A stretch of 64,000 bases of DNA from Spirochaetia bacterium (GCA_038204425.1 JBBRCZ010000005.1:1-64000); one strand, 5' to 3'; positions 47,840 through 57,541 are shown, numbered from the stretch's first letter. A program made the numbers and translations. Notes: generated from the sequence alone by a model not told the origin.

Positions 47840-50308
47840 ATGTTTGACCTCAATTTACCCTTTACCAACCCAGTTGCAGTTTTTGCTGTTCTGATAGGGC
47901 TTATTCTGATAGTCCCACTTATATTCAAACCACTTCGCATTCCAGTAGTAGCAGGATTGATACTTGGGGGCCTTTTGATTGGGCCACACGGTTTGGGTTT
48001 ATTGGTGCGTGGCGAAACACCTCAACTGCTCGGAAAAATCGGCATTATCTATATTATGTTTTTGGCTGGGCTAGAAATAGATCTACACCAACTGTCCAAG
48101 CGCAAGGGTCAAACTATCCTATTTGGTGTTTTGACCTTTCTTGTTCCATTGGGCATGGGCTTTGCTGGTGCTTTTGGCCTTTTTGGCATGGCTGCAGTAC
48201 CGGCTTTACTCTTGGCCTCTATGTTTTCGTCACACACTTTGTTGACTTACCCAGAAATTAGCCGATTTGGCCTTAGTCGTAACCGCGCTGTTACCGTGAC
48301 CATCGGCGGAACCATGATCACCAATCTATGCGCTCTCTTGATCCTTGCACTTAGCGCAACCTGGGCACAAGGCAAGCTTGACCAATGGTATTTTGTACGC
48401 TTGGCTATTTCACTCTTGATCTATTGTGTGGTGGTTTTTGCTGTAATACCGTTTATGGCACGACGTGCTCTCAAGAGTTTGTCTGCTGACGGCGATATTC
48501 AGTTCCTGTTGATTTTCTGCATCATGTTTATCTCGGCTGCATTGGCACAGCCTGCAGGACTTGAGCCAGTTATTGGTGCATTTTTGATCGGGATCGCCCT
48601 CAACCGCCTAATTCCTGATAGCAGTGTACTTATGAACCGACTCAACTTTGTTGGCAATAGTCTATTCATTCCACTTTTTTTGGTAGACGTTGGTTTAATC
48701 ATTAATCCAAGTCAGTTTTTTGGCAATATACAGTCCTGGTTTTTTGCGGCTTTTATGGTTTTTGTAGCCATCGTCTCCAAGTGGATTCCAGCCTGGGTCT
48801 CCCAGAAGGCTTTTAAATTTAGCCCGGCCGAGCGAGGCATAATTTTTGGTCTGTCGGTCAACCAGGCTGCGTCTACTTTGGCGGCCGTCTTGGTGGGTAG
48901 GGAACTGGGCCTGTTTGATGACATTGTCGTAACGGCTACTGTCGTCATGATTTTGGTAAGCTGTATTGTTGGCAGTGTAGTCAGCGAACGTAGCGCACGC
49001 AAACTCAAAATGGCCTTTGCGAGCGTTAGTCATGACGAAAAAGAAGAATCAATTCGGTTGATGGTGAGTCTATCAAATCCTGAAACGGCTCCTGCCTTGG
49101 CCGAACTTGCCACCTATCTAGTTCCAAAAAATAGCAGCGAAGCCATTTATCCTACCGTTATGGTGCAAGATGGCACTCATGTCGAAGAAGACTTGGCCAA
49201 GGCCGAATCAGTTATTGCGCTAGCGATGACGCGAATTTTGCCCTTGGGCTTAAAGGCTATTCCCGTTTCTAGTTTGGATGTTAACATTGCAAGTGGTCTT
49301 CTGCGAGTTTCTAAAGCACGTCGTATTCAAGTCATGCTCTTGGGCTGGAACGGGCACTTTGGTGTCGGGCGGGCCTTGTTTGGTAGCATCCTAGATCAGC
49401 TAATCAGCAACAGCCCCTTGAGACTGGTAGTCGCCAGACTGTTTGGTTCTATTTCAGAGGTCAAACGAGTGGTGTTGATCCTTCCGCCATTTATCGAACA
49501 CCAGCAAGATATCTGGCCGAGTCTTGGAATTGTGTTTGACTTAGCCAAGCGACTTGGTCTTAAAATACTGCTGCTAAGTCAAGCTCTCACTTTAGACAAC
49601 CTGTCAAAGAACATAAAGGGTCTTCACCAATCACTTGAAACCGTAGAACTCAAGGACTGGTCAGATTTGTTGCCTAGCATGACTAAGCTGAGCAACAAGA
49701 CTGACCTGATTGCTTTGGCTCATGTCCGCAAGCACCAATTGGCTTGGCGACCCAGCCTAGATAGGCTACCAAAGAGCCTCAGCGAGACCTTCCTTGACAA
49801 CAACCTTTTGATTGTCTATCCGGGCACAAAACCGGACACCAAACGACAGCATTCTATAGCAGATGATTTGTCTGATAACGCAAGCCACTATGACAGTCCA
49901 GCAGACCAAGCACCTATTTCTTACGCACGCTACTTTGAAAGAACCAGCAAACCGGAACAAGCAATTCTAGAAGTCCTCGCTCAACAATTTGACGAACACA
50001 AAGCCTTTAGACTCCTTCATACTTTTAGCCCCGACGGAAAGTTGCAGGGGGTAGAACTCAAACCCGGTGTCATTCTCTTGCACCACCATGATGAAAACGT
50101 GGAGCAGTTTTGGATTGGCTGCGCTGTCTACTCAGACCTAGGACGACCAATCGACAGCGAGAATCCAATAGACTGTATTGTTCTGTTGGTGAGTCCTGCC
50201 CAAAAGGCGGCAGAAGAACACTTGGTGGTTCTATCTCGGATTGCGCGCTGGGTTGGGCAGGATGACTTCAAAAAAACTATCACTAGCTTGTGTACGAGCT
50301 TTTCTTAG
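47840..50308 (+). CDS. Cation:proton antiporter (CPA2) with USP-like and PTS EIIA-like C-terminal domains
   Basis: GLLIGPHG, MFLAGLE, EPVIGAF, PLFLVDVG; soluble tail ending GVILLHHH..LLVSP..EEHLVVLSRIA. Confidence 0.85.
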   Translation: MFDLNLPFTNPVAVFAVLIGLILIVPLIFKPLRIPVVAGLILGGLLIGPHGLGLLVRGETPQLLGKIGIIYIMFLAGLEIDLHQLSKRKGQTILFGVLTFLVPLGMGFAGAFGLFGMAAVPALLLASMFSSHTLLTYPEISRFGLSRNRAVTVTIGGTMITNLCALLILALSATWAQGKLDQWYFVRLAISLLIYCVVVFAVIPFMARRALKSLSADGDIQFLLIFCIMFISAALAQPAGLEPVIGAFLIGIALNRLIPDSSVLMNRLNFVGNSLFIPLFLVDVGLIINPSQFFGNIQSWFFAAFMVFVAIVSKWIPAWVSQKAFKFSPAERGIIFGLSVNQAASTLAAVLVGRELGLFDDIVVTATVVMILVSCIVGSVVSERSARKLKMAFASVSHDEKEESIRLMVSLSNPETAPALAELATYLVPKNSSEAIYPTVMVQDGTHVEEDLAKAESVIALAMTRILPLGLKAIPVSSLDVNIASGLLRVSKARRIQVMLLGWNGHFGVGRALFGSILDQLISNSPLRLVVARLFGSISEVKRVVLILPPFIEHQQDIWPSLGIVFDLAKRLGLKILLLSQALTLDNLSKNIKGLHQSLETVELKDWSDLLPSMTKLSNKTDLIALAHVRKHQLAWRPSLDRLPKSLSETFLDNNLLIVYPGTKPDTKRQHSIADDLSDNASHYDSPADQAPISYARYFERTSKPEQAILEVLAQQFDEHKAFRLLHTFSPDGKLQGVELKPGVILLHHHDENVEQFWIGCAVYSDLGRPIDSENPIDCIVLLVSPAQKAAEEHLVVLSRIARWVGQDDFKKTITSLCTSFS

Positions 50309-50490
50309 ACGACCCGACTACTATTCGATCTGTTGCTGAAATTTACCTACGTATTAGTTGCCTCTTTTTTATATAACTACGCTTTTGTATATTTATGGTG
50401 AACAAGGGCTGGCAAAAATCTGCTGGGATCCATCAGGAAAGTCTTAAGCTGTCGGTCTTTAAGCCAGACGTCACTGAATCGACATCAATC

Positions 50491-50507
50491 TTGGCACGAT
50501 TATTGCA
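50491..50507 (+). promoter_or_regulatory. Sigma-54 (-24/-12) promoter
   Basis: TTGGCACGATTATTGCA matches TGGCACG-N4-TTGC with GG-N10-GC spacing, just upstream of the cheY-like ATG. Confidence 0.8.
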
Positions 50508-50529
50508 TGTAATTGGTAGAGGTAAAAAA

Positions 50530-50895
50530 ATGAAGTTGCTAATCGTAGACGACTCCAACATCATGCGCCGGGCCATAGAAAAATATCTAACAGATTTTAA
50601 TCTCGAACTGGTAGGAACTGCCGGTGACGGCGAAGCAGCACTTCAACTCTTTAAGGCTCATCTTCCTGAATTGGTTACGCTTGATATCACCATGCCGCGC
50701 ATGGACGGCTTGGCTTGTCTTGATGAGATTATGCGTTTGCGCCCTGAAACTAAGGTCTTGGTAATTAGCGCTCTAAAGGACCCGTCTACTGGTCTTCAGG
50801 CTTTGCGCAAAGGTGCTAAAGGATTCTTGGCCAAGCCTTTTTCTCCAGAAGAAATACGTAGTGAAGTTCAGCAGATCCTTGGGCTATCATCATGA
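50530..50895 (+). CDS. Single-domain CheY-like response regulator
   Basis: LIVDDS, TLDITMPRMDG (Asp52), VISA, AKPF; GAGG RBS. Confidence 0.92.
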   Translation: MKLLIVDDSNIMRRAIEKYLTDFNLELVGTAGDGEAALQLFKAHLPELVTLDITMPRMDGLACLDEIMRLRPETKVLVISALKDPSTGLQALRKGAKGFLAKPFSPEEIRSEVQQILGLSS

Positions 50896-51338
50896 CTGAA
50901 GTAGAACTAAAAGCATTTACTCGTGTTGTTACTCAATACTTTAACAACGTCACCGGTACAGCGGCTCAACTTGGGCTACCCTACATCAAAGGAGAACGCC
51001 AAGAAACCTTTGATTATACTGGCGTGATTGGCATTTCTGGCTCCCGCAAGGGTGGTGTTTATTACACCGCTGGCAAACAGCTTTTAGAAGCATTGGGCGC
51101 CTTTATCCTTGGGGATGAGCCACTCGATGATGAAGCGCTTTACGATTTGGTAGGCGAGCTTACCAACACTATTGCTGGCAACATGCGAGAGATTTTTGGC
51201 TCCAACTTTTTGATTTCGGTCCCAATCATCATGAAGGGTAAAATTGATGATATCGTTATCAAACTCAAACCACCAGTCTTTATAATTCCAATAATCTGGA
51301 ATGGCATGAACAGTCACCTAGCGATTGGCCTGGAGTAG
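50892..51338 (+). CDS. cheX: CheX family phospho-aspartate phosphatase
   Basis: YTGVIGISG, GELTNTIAGN (E-x2-N motif), ISVP. Confidence 0.9.
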   Translation: MTEVELKAFTRVVTQYFNNVTGTAAQLGLPYIKGERQETFDYTGVIGISGSRKGGVYYTAGKQLLEALGAFILGDEPLDDEALYDLVGELTNTIAGNMREIFGSNFLISVPIIMKGKIDDIVIKLKPPVFIIPIIWNGMNSHLAIGLE

Positions 51339-51341
51339 AAC

Positions 51342-54080
51342 ATGGAACATTCAATGCTCGACATAATGTGGGTGATAATGGCTGCAAGCTTGGTTTTTGT
51401 TATGCAGGCCGGCTTTGCCATGGTAGAATCTGGCCTTACTCGCTCCAAAAATAGTATCAACGTAGCTATAAAGAATCTGACAGATCTTGGCGTCTCTTTG
51501 ATCGTATACTGGCTAGTGGGCTTTGGCCTCATGTTTGGACTGAGCTTTTCTGGCATTTTTGGCACTAGCGAGTTCTTCTTTGACAGCGGCGACGCCTGGC
51601 CAATGGTCTTTTGCCTTTTTCAGGCCGTGTTCTGCAGCACTGCTGCCACCATCGTGTCGGGCGCAGTGGCGGAGCGCATGCGCTATATTTCGTACATCTT
51701 TGCCACCATACTTATGGCGCTGGTGATCTACCCAGTATTTGGCCACTGGGCCTGGGGCGGCGCCTTGCAAGGGTCAGCAAGTGGTTGGCTGGCTAAGCTT
51801 GGCTTTGTTGACTTTGCAGGGTCTACCGTTGTGCACAGTGTGGGCGCTTGGGTAGCGCTGGCGATTCTAGTTATTATTGGACCTCGCGCCGGTCGCTACA
51901 AGAGCGATGGAACGGTTGCGCCCTTGAGCGGTAGTAACATCCCCATGGCAGTATTGGGAGTAATACTCTTGTGGTTTGGTTGGTTTGGCTTTAACGGCGG
52001 AAGCACTCTGGCAGCGAGTGAAAACGTAGCGGGGATAATCCTTCGCACTTGTTTGGCCGGTGCGGCTGGAATGCTATCTGCATTGCTAATCGGTTGGCCA
52101 CTACTCAAAAAACCCGACGTCAACTTAGTCATCAACGGCGCATTGGCTGGACTTGTTGCCATCACCGCTGGCTGCCACGCCGTCAGTGCGCCTCAGTCAA
52201 TCTTGATTGGTCTGGTTGCTGGCGTGCTGATGTTCGCAAGTAGCATTCTTCTCGACAAATTGCGCATAGATGATGCGGTTGGTGCAATTCCTGTGCACTT
52301 GGTAGCCGGCATCTGGGGTACCTTGGCGGTTGCAATTTTTGGCAATCCAGACATTTTAGGAACCGGCTTGAGCCCATTAGAACAGCTTGGTATACAGGGC
52401 TTAGGTATAACAGTTTGTGGTATGTGGTCGTTTGGCGTGGCTTGGTTAGTTGTAAAGCTTATCAATGCTATCACGCCAATTAGAGTAAGCCAAATAGACG
52501 AAGCCAATGGACTCAACAAAGCAGAACACGGAGTAAGCACCGAGATCTACGATCTATTCTCAGTATTGGATCAGCAAGCAAAAACGGGCGATTTGAGCCT
52601 ACGCGCGCCTGAAGAACCATTTACTGAGGCCGGACAAATTGCCGGGATGTACAACAACGTTATGAGCAAACTGGAAGCCGATACTATTGCCAAAGATGAA
52701 TACTTGCAGATACTGCACAATGTCAGTGACGGTCTTTTTTTGCTGGACCAAGATGGGGTTATTGGGCCGTATTACGCCGCTTCGCTCAACAAGATATTTG
52801 AAACAGATCAATTAGCAGGCCAAAAACTCAGCGCTGTTCTGGCACGTTTTGTGGCCGAAGAAACACGTGCAGTAGCCGAAGACTTTTTGCAGTCCTGCTT
52901 CGATTCAAGAATTGCTTGGCGTCATTTAGAAAAAATGAATCCATTGCTGGACGCCATGGCCTATTTTGACAACGGACAAGGTGATTTTTTGGAAAAAAAC
53001 TTGCAGTTTCTTTTTAGGCGCCTGGAAGACGGTAGTGTCGTTAAACGATTGTTAATTTTAGTACGTGACACAAGTGCCGAGAAAAATCTAAGCGAAGAGA
53101 TAGAAAAAACGCGCGAACTAGGCAAGCAGGAAATGGAAATGCTGTATCGCGTAATGCACGTTGAACCAAAGACTTTGCAAGAATTTCTTGACGGTCTACA
53201 TCGGGATCTTGAAGCTATAAATGGCCAGTTTAGGGCTGGAGAAGGCAATGTTCACGAAAGGCTCAGCCAGGTTTTTCGCTTAACACATGCCATAAAAGGT
53301 GACGCTGAGCTACTTCAACTTGATTTTATTGGTGGCAAAGCAGAAGAACTAGAGAATCGTGTGCGAGAACTTTTGAAGGTTTCTGAGCCCGGCGGAGAAG
53401 AATTTTTGGCACTGACCCTGCTGTATTCGGAACTTGCTTCGGCATCTACCAAACTGAGAGAACTTTTACAAAAATGGACTGGCTTCCAAGCGCAAACTCA
53501 GTCTATCGGATTTGATGGTTACTTGCGCCAATCTTTGGCCAGCATGGCCAGCCGTTTGGCAAGCCGCTACAACAAAGAGGTAAGTCTAGATGCAAGCGGC
53601 CTCAGTTTGCAGTTTTTGTCACCGCAACTGCGAAAGCCCATCAAAGATATCCTGGTGCAGTTTGTCAGAAACGCAGTGTTTCACGGTTTTGAGACGCCCG
53701 ATGTGCGTGGGAACCAAGGAAAGGCTAGCGCCGGCCTTATTCAAATTAGCGGGCTCCGCCAAGATAAAATGCTAGTTGTACGTTTTAGGGATGATGGCAA
53801 GGGACTTGACACGGGCGCACTACGACAAGAAGCGGTAAAAAGAGGCTTGATGGACAGTGCCAAAGCTAGTGCTATGAGTGAACGCGATGCACTGGGCTTA
53901 ATCTTTCAAAGTGGCTTTACCACGGTAGCGGTCGCAGATTCGGTGGCGGGCAAGGGTATAGGCATGTCACTGGTTCGCAGCTTGGTCAAGGAAACTGGTT
54001 CTAGCCTGAGTATGCGTACCAAAAAGGGTGCCTACACTGAGTTTGTTCTAAGTATTCCGTTGTCGGGAGCCAAGCAATGA
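51342..54080 (+). CDS. Ammonium transporter fused to HAMP-like, PAS-like, Hpt and CheA-type HATPase domains
   Basis: Amt: MQAGFAMVESG, FQAVF, HWAWG, DFAGSTVVH, WFGWFGFNGGS, DDAVGAIPVH. Hpt: FRLTHAIKGDA. HATPase: VRNAVFHG, DDGKGLD, IFQSGFTT, GKGIGM. Confidence 0.92.
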   Translation: MEHSMLDIMWVIMAASLVFVMQAGFAMVESGLTRSKNSINVAIKNLTDLGVSLIVYWLVGFGLMFGLSFSGIFGTSEFFFDSGDAWPMVFCLFQAVFCSTAATIVSGAVAERMRYISYIFATILMALVIYPVFGHWAWGGALQGSASGWLAKLGFVDFAGSTVVHSVGAWVALAILVIIGPRAGRYKSDGTVAPLSGSNIPMAVLGVILLWFGWFGFNGGSTLAASENVAGIILRTCLAGAAGMLSALLIGWPLLKKPDVNLVINGALAGLVAITAGCHAVSAPQSILIGLVAGVLMFASSILLDKLRIDDAVGAIPVHLVAGIWGTLAVAIFGNPDILGTGLSPLEQLGIQGLGITVCGMWSFGVAWLVVKLINAITPIRVSQIDEANGLNKAEHGVSTEIYDLFSVLDQQAKTGDLSLRAPEEPFTEAGQIAGMYNNVMSKLEADTIAKDEYLQILHNVSDGLFLLDQDGVIGPYYAASLNKIFETDQLAGQKLSAVLARFVAEETRAVAEDFLQSCFDSRIAWRHLEKMNPLLDAMAYFDNGQGDFLEKNLQFLFRRLEDGSVVKRLLILVRDTSAEKNLSEEIEKTRELGKQEMEMLYRVMHVEPKTLQEFLDGLHRDLEAINGQFRAGEGNVHERLSQVFRLTHAIKGDAELLQLDFIGGKAEELENRVRELLKVSEPGGEEFLALTLLYSELASASTKLRELLQKWTGFQAQTQSIGFDGYLRQSLASMASRLASRYNKEVSLDASGLSLQFLSPQLRKPIKDILVQFVRNAVFHGFETPDVRGNQGKASAGLIQISGLRQDKMLVVRFRDDGKGLDTGALRQEAVKRGLMDSAKASAMSERDALGLIFQSGFTTVAVADSVAGKGIGMSLVRSLVKETGSSLSMRTKKGAYTEFVLSIPLSGAKQ

Positions 54081-55171
54081 ATAACCCTGACGGTCCAGTC
54101 TGCAATCACGAGCGCTGCAAGCTCAACCAGTTTTTTCACCACTCTCGAGAAGCCATGTTCATAACCGAGCGGGATGGCAGCTTTGTAGATGTCAACCCGG
54201 CTTTTGAGGATTTACTTGGTTACTCGCGTAGCCATCTTTTGACCAGTCAAGTCAGCTTGGTGCTAGCAAACGAAGATGATAGAGTCGACTATCAACGCAG
54301 CATCGAAACCGATGGTGTGGTACATGACTACCCAATAGCCCTGCGACACCAAGATGGCACACTCTTGTTTGGCATGATTGACGCCATTGTATGGCGCTCC
54401 AATGGACGAATAGCTGGCTACCACGGCATAATCCGCACACGCGCTGCACTTATGGAGTCGTTTCGCAGCTATCTCAACCGACTCAAAGCTGAGAAACATC
54501 AAGTGAGGCAAGAGCGCCGCAATCTCATTTCTGATACGCAAATGCTGACCCGCTATTTGACTGATGACTTGATTGAATACATCAAAAAAACTGGCCGCAA
54601 TCCACTAGAAACCAGCCAACAAAGGGTGAGCGTCTTGTTCTTTGACATTCGCAACTCAACCGGAATTGCCGAAAAGCTTAGCCCGGATCAGTTTGCTTCT
54701 TTTTTGAGTGACATCCTGACCGACATTATGGATCTAATTTACGGCTGCCAAGGCTCGGTTAATAAAATACTGGGCGACGGCATTATGGCTACCTTTGGTG
54801 TGCCACTCTCTACAGGTACCGACTCTTTTCATGCTGTTGAGGCGGCTTTGCACATTCGGGACTACCTCAAGACTTTTAACGATGTTAGGCCCGATTTTCT
54901 CATACAACCAGTTGCTGCCGGCATTGGCATTGCAACCGGAACGGTCTTCGCCGGTGTTATTGGATCGGTTAGACGGCAAGAATACACCGTACTTGGTGAC
55001 GCAGTAAATATCGCTAGTCGATTGGAGTCTCTCACCAAACAAGCAGGAGAAACTATACTACTCGACGAAACCACTTTTCAAGAGGTGCGCGAAACCTATG
55101 CCTGTCGCCCGGTTCTGGAAGGTCGCCTGCGGGGTCGAGAAGAAGAAGTGCGTATTTACGGCATAAGATAG
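54077..55171 (+). CDS. PAS-domain class III adenylate cyclase
   Basis: PAS (VDVNPAFEDLLGYSR..LRHQDG); FFDIRNST, VNKILGDG, EYTVLGDAVNIASRLE. Confidence 0.92.
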   Translation: MNNPDGPVCNHERCKLNQFFHHSREAMFITERDGSFVDVNPAFEDLLGYSRSHLLTSQVSLVLANEDDRVDYQRSIETDGVVHDYPIALRHQDGTLLFGMIDAIVWRSNGRIAGYHGIIRTRAALMESFRSYLNRLKAEKHQVRQERRNLISDTQMLTRYLTDDLIEYIKKTGRNPLETSQQRVSVLFFDIRNSTGIAEKLSPDQFASFLSDILTDIMDLIYGCQGSVNKILGDGIMATFGVPLSTGTDSFHAVEAALHIRDYLKTFNDVRPDFLIQPVAAGIGIATGTVFAGVIGSVRRQEYTVLGDAVNIASRLESLTKQAGETILLDETTFQEVRETYACRPVLEGRLRGREEEVRIYGIR

Positions 55172-55261
55172 TTTCTTGCATAGTTAAATTGGCAACATTC
55201 GCTTGCCAAAATGTAAAGCTTACCTTACATTTTAGCGTATGCACTTGGGGGTGTTATAGGA

Positions 55262-56563
55262 ATGATCAAGCGAAGCAGACTCTCCATATATACGTTTATT
55301 GCGGTATTTAGTTCTATCTTAATCGTTGGCACGCTTGCGATGCCTTTGGCCTTGGATAGTATTCAAAAAAACTACATTTCCATCCAAGCAGACGTTAACG
55401 CCCGTCAAGCAAAAGCTATGGCTCAGTTTATTCGCTCACGCGTGGCTCAAGGCGTAAGTCGTGAGCAGGTGATCGAGGACTTCCAAGCAAGCATCCAAGG
55501 CAGTGCCACCGAACGTGGTTATGTCTGCATTGTGGACCGCATAAGCACCAATTTTTTGTGTCATCCCATGACTTCGATGCTTGGCCAATCGGTGGCGGTT
55601 AAAAAAGCGGTCTTTGACCGTAGTTTTAACCGCAATCAATTTGAACCTTGGGAACAAGCTATCACGAACCCGCAAAGTGGGAGCGGACTTTTGGCTTTTG
55701 ACAACTTTAAGGCCGAGGAAGTTGTCCACTCAGAAGTTATTGAAGAACTTGGTTGGGTTGTAAATTCTCATGAGAACACAGAACGAGTCCAAACCGAAAT
55801 AGCAAACATCCGCACCTATGTTGTCATCGGCGCTGCTATTTTTGCTTTTCTTTTGGCGTTTCCAATTTCGTTTGCTGTGCGATCGGTTAGCCGCAGATAC
55901 GAAAGACAAATCGAACATAGCAACATGCTGATTGCTGCAGAACAAGAAAAAGCTGACAACTTGCTGCTTAACATCTTACCTTCTTCTATTGCTCGTCGTA
56001 TGAAAGACGGCCAAAAAATTATCGTCAATCACTTTGAAAAAGTAGGCATCCTGTTTTGTGACATAGTCAACTTTACGCGATTTTCTGCGCGCACTACGCC
56101 AGACAACGTGGTTCGTTTGCTCAATCGCATTTTTTCTGACTTTGACGCCCTGTGCAACAAATATGGCATAGAAAAAATAAAGACTATCGGCGACGCCTAC
56201 ATGGCAGTTGGCGGACTACCGCTCGCGAGTGACAGGCCCTTGCAAAGACTGGCCGACCTTGCTTTGGAAATGCTTACAGTTGTTGAGAAGCTCGACCTAA
56301 ACGTGCAAGTGCGTATCGGTTTGCACGTTGGAGATGTAGTTGCAGGAGTAATTGGTACCAACAAGTTTAGCTACGACCTTTGGGGCGACGCGGTCAATGT
56401 TGCATCAAGACTAGAATCCAGCGGTCAAAAAGGCCGAGTGCACGTTAGTCAAGAAGTCAAAGATGTACTTGGAGACGCGTATAGCTTTGTAGACAATGGC
56501 TTAGTTGCGCTCAAGGGTAAAGGCAAACTCCAAACCTGGTTTTTAGAAAAGAAACCAGTTTAA
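55262..56563 (+). CDS. Membrane-bound class III adenylate cyclase with extracytoplasmic sensor domain
   Basis: Two TM segments flanking a Cache-like region; LLLNILP, FCDIVNFT, EKIKTIGDAYM, SYDLWGDAVNVASRLES. Confidence 0.92.
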   Translation: MIKRSRLSIYTFIAVFSSILIVGTLAMPLALDSIQKNYISIQADVNARQAKAMAQFIRSRVAQGVSREQVIEDFQASIQGSATERGYVCIVDRISTNFLCHPMTSMLGQSVAVKKAVFDRSFNRNQFEPWEQAITNPQSGSGLLAFDNFKAEEVVHSEVIEELGWVVNSHENTERVQTEIANIRTYVVIGAAIFAFLLAFPISFAVRSVSRRYERQIEHSNMLIAAEQEKADNLLLNILPSSIARRMKDGQKIIVNHFEKVGILFCDIVNFTRFSARTTPDNVVRLLNRIFSDFDALCNKYGIEKIKTIGDAYMAVGGLPLASDRPLQRLADLALEMLTVVEKLDLNVQVRIGLHVGDVVAGVIGTNKFSYDLWGDAVNVASRLESSGQKGRVHVSQEVKDVLGDAYSFVDNGLVALKGKGKLQTWFLEKKPV

Positions 56564-56623
56564 GGTCGCTCTTTTAAAAGCCACACTTCTGCCGGCGCGG
56601 TAAACAAGGCAAGAGGTGGATTT

Positions 56624-57508
56624 ATGTTTCTAAAGTTTTGTCGCCGTGTAGCGGCGCTCTTGGCACTCAGCATGCTGAGCATGGTCTCTGGGTCGTGTGG
56701 CGGACCCAATCTGGTTCCAATTGCAACAGGCGAGATACCAACAGTCTCTACAGGCATTGCCATCACCATTCAGAGCACTAGCTCACGAGCGGTGCTGGTT
56801 CCAGAGCAGTCTTCTATTCTAGCCAACACCTGGGAAGTCATTATCTTGCAAAACGAGATTATTGTCTTTACTACAGCATTGGAGGCTGGTAGCAACTCGA
56901 TTGTGGCACTCGAGCCTGGACTTTATGATTTGGTTGTACTGGCAGGCTATCGCAAGTCAAGCAGCTCTAGCACTACAAGTCTATTGGGCAGTGCGTCCAC
57001 CGACAACCAAGTCCAAGTGATTGCCGGAGCAGTAAGCACTGTTTCATTGGCACTGAAAGCAATTGATTTTGAATTTGCTGTTCCAAGCCAAGTCGACCAG
57101 GGCTCACAACTTAGTCTCAGTGTAAGCGGTCAAAGCCGTAACTACCGGCTTGGTATGTGCCTGACTGGTTCTACAAGCGAACGCCCGCGGCTTCGCTCTA
57201 GCTACCTTTGGAACGGCTACCAGGACTTCATCTCAGTTTCTGGAAGTCCAAGTGACTGGGTGGCTACCACCAGTCTTGCGCTGAACAAGCCAGCTGGCAT
57301 CGCCGACCTCGACTTTAATGGAGCCTACATTAGTTTATGCAACTCAGGCGCAGCTGACGGCTCACTATATCAACGTACGCGCTACATCTGGAAATGGCTC
57401 AATCGCTACGACATGGCGGACGACGGCCCACTGACCAGCCTTGTTTCGCGGCAAATACAGATCAATCCGCCGTCGACCGGCGTCAACATAGGCATAGGAT
57501 GGGAGTAA
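56624..57508 (+). CDS. Hypothetical lipoprotein
   Basis: Signal peptide ending VSGSC; Ser/Thr-rich body; GAGG RBS. Confidence 0.7.
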   Translation: MFLKFCRRVAALLALSMLSMVSGSCGGPNLVPIATGEIPTVSTGIAITIQSTSSRAVLVPEQSSILANTWEVIILQNEIIVFTTALEAGSNSIVALEPGLYDLVVLAGYRKSSSSSTTSLLGSASTDNQVQVIAGAVSTVSLALKAIDFEFAVPSQVDQGSQLSLSVSGQSRNYRLGMCLTGSTSERPRLRSSYLWNGYQDFISVSGSPSDWVATTSLALNKPAGIADLDFNGAYISLCNSGAADGSLYQRTRYIWKWLNRYDMADDGPLTSLVSRQIQINPPSTGVNIGIGWE

Positions 57509-57541
57509 AAACAGCTGTGCAAGACAGGGGAATAAGGTCAA

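Noticed and set aside
50410..50424. Second sigma-54-like sequence TGGCAAAAATCTGCT
   Set aside because: GG-to-GC spacing is 9, not 10.
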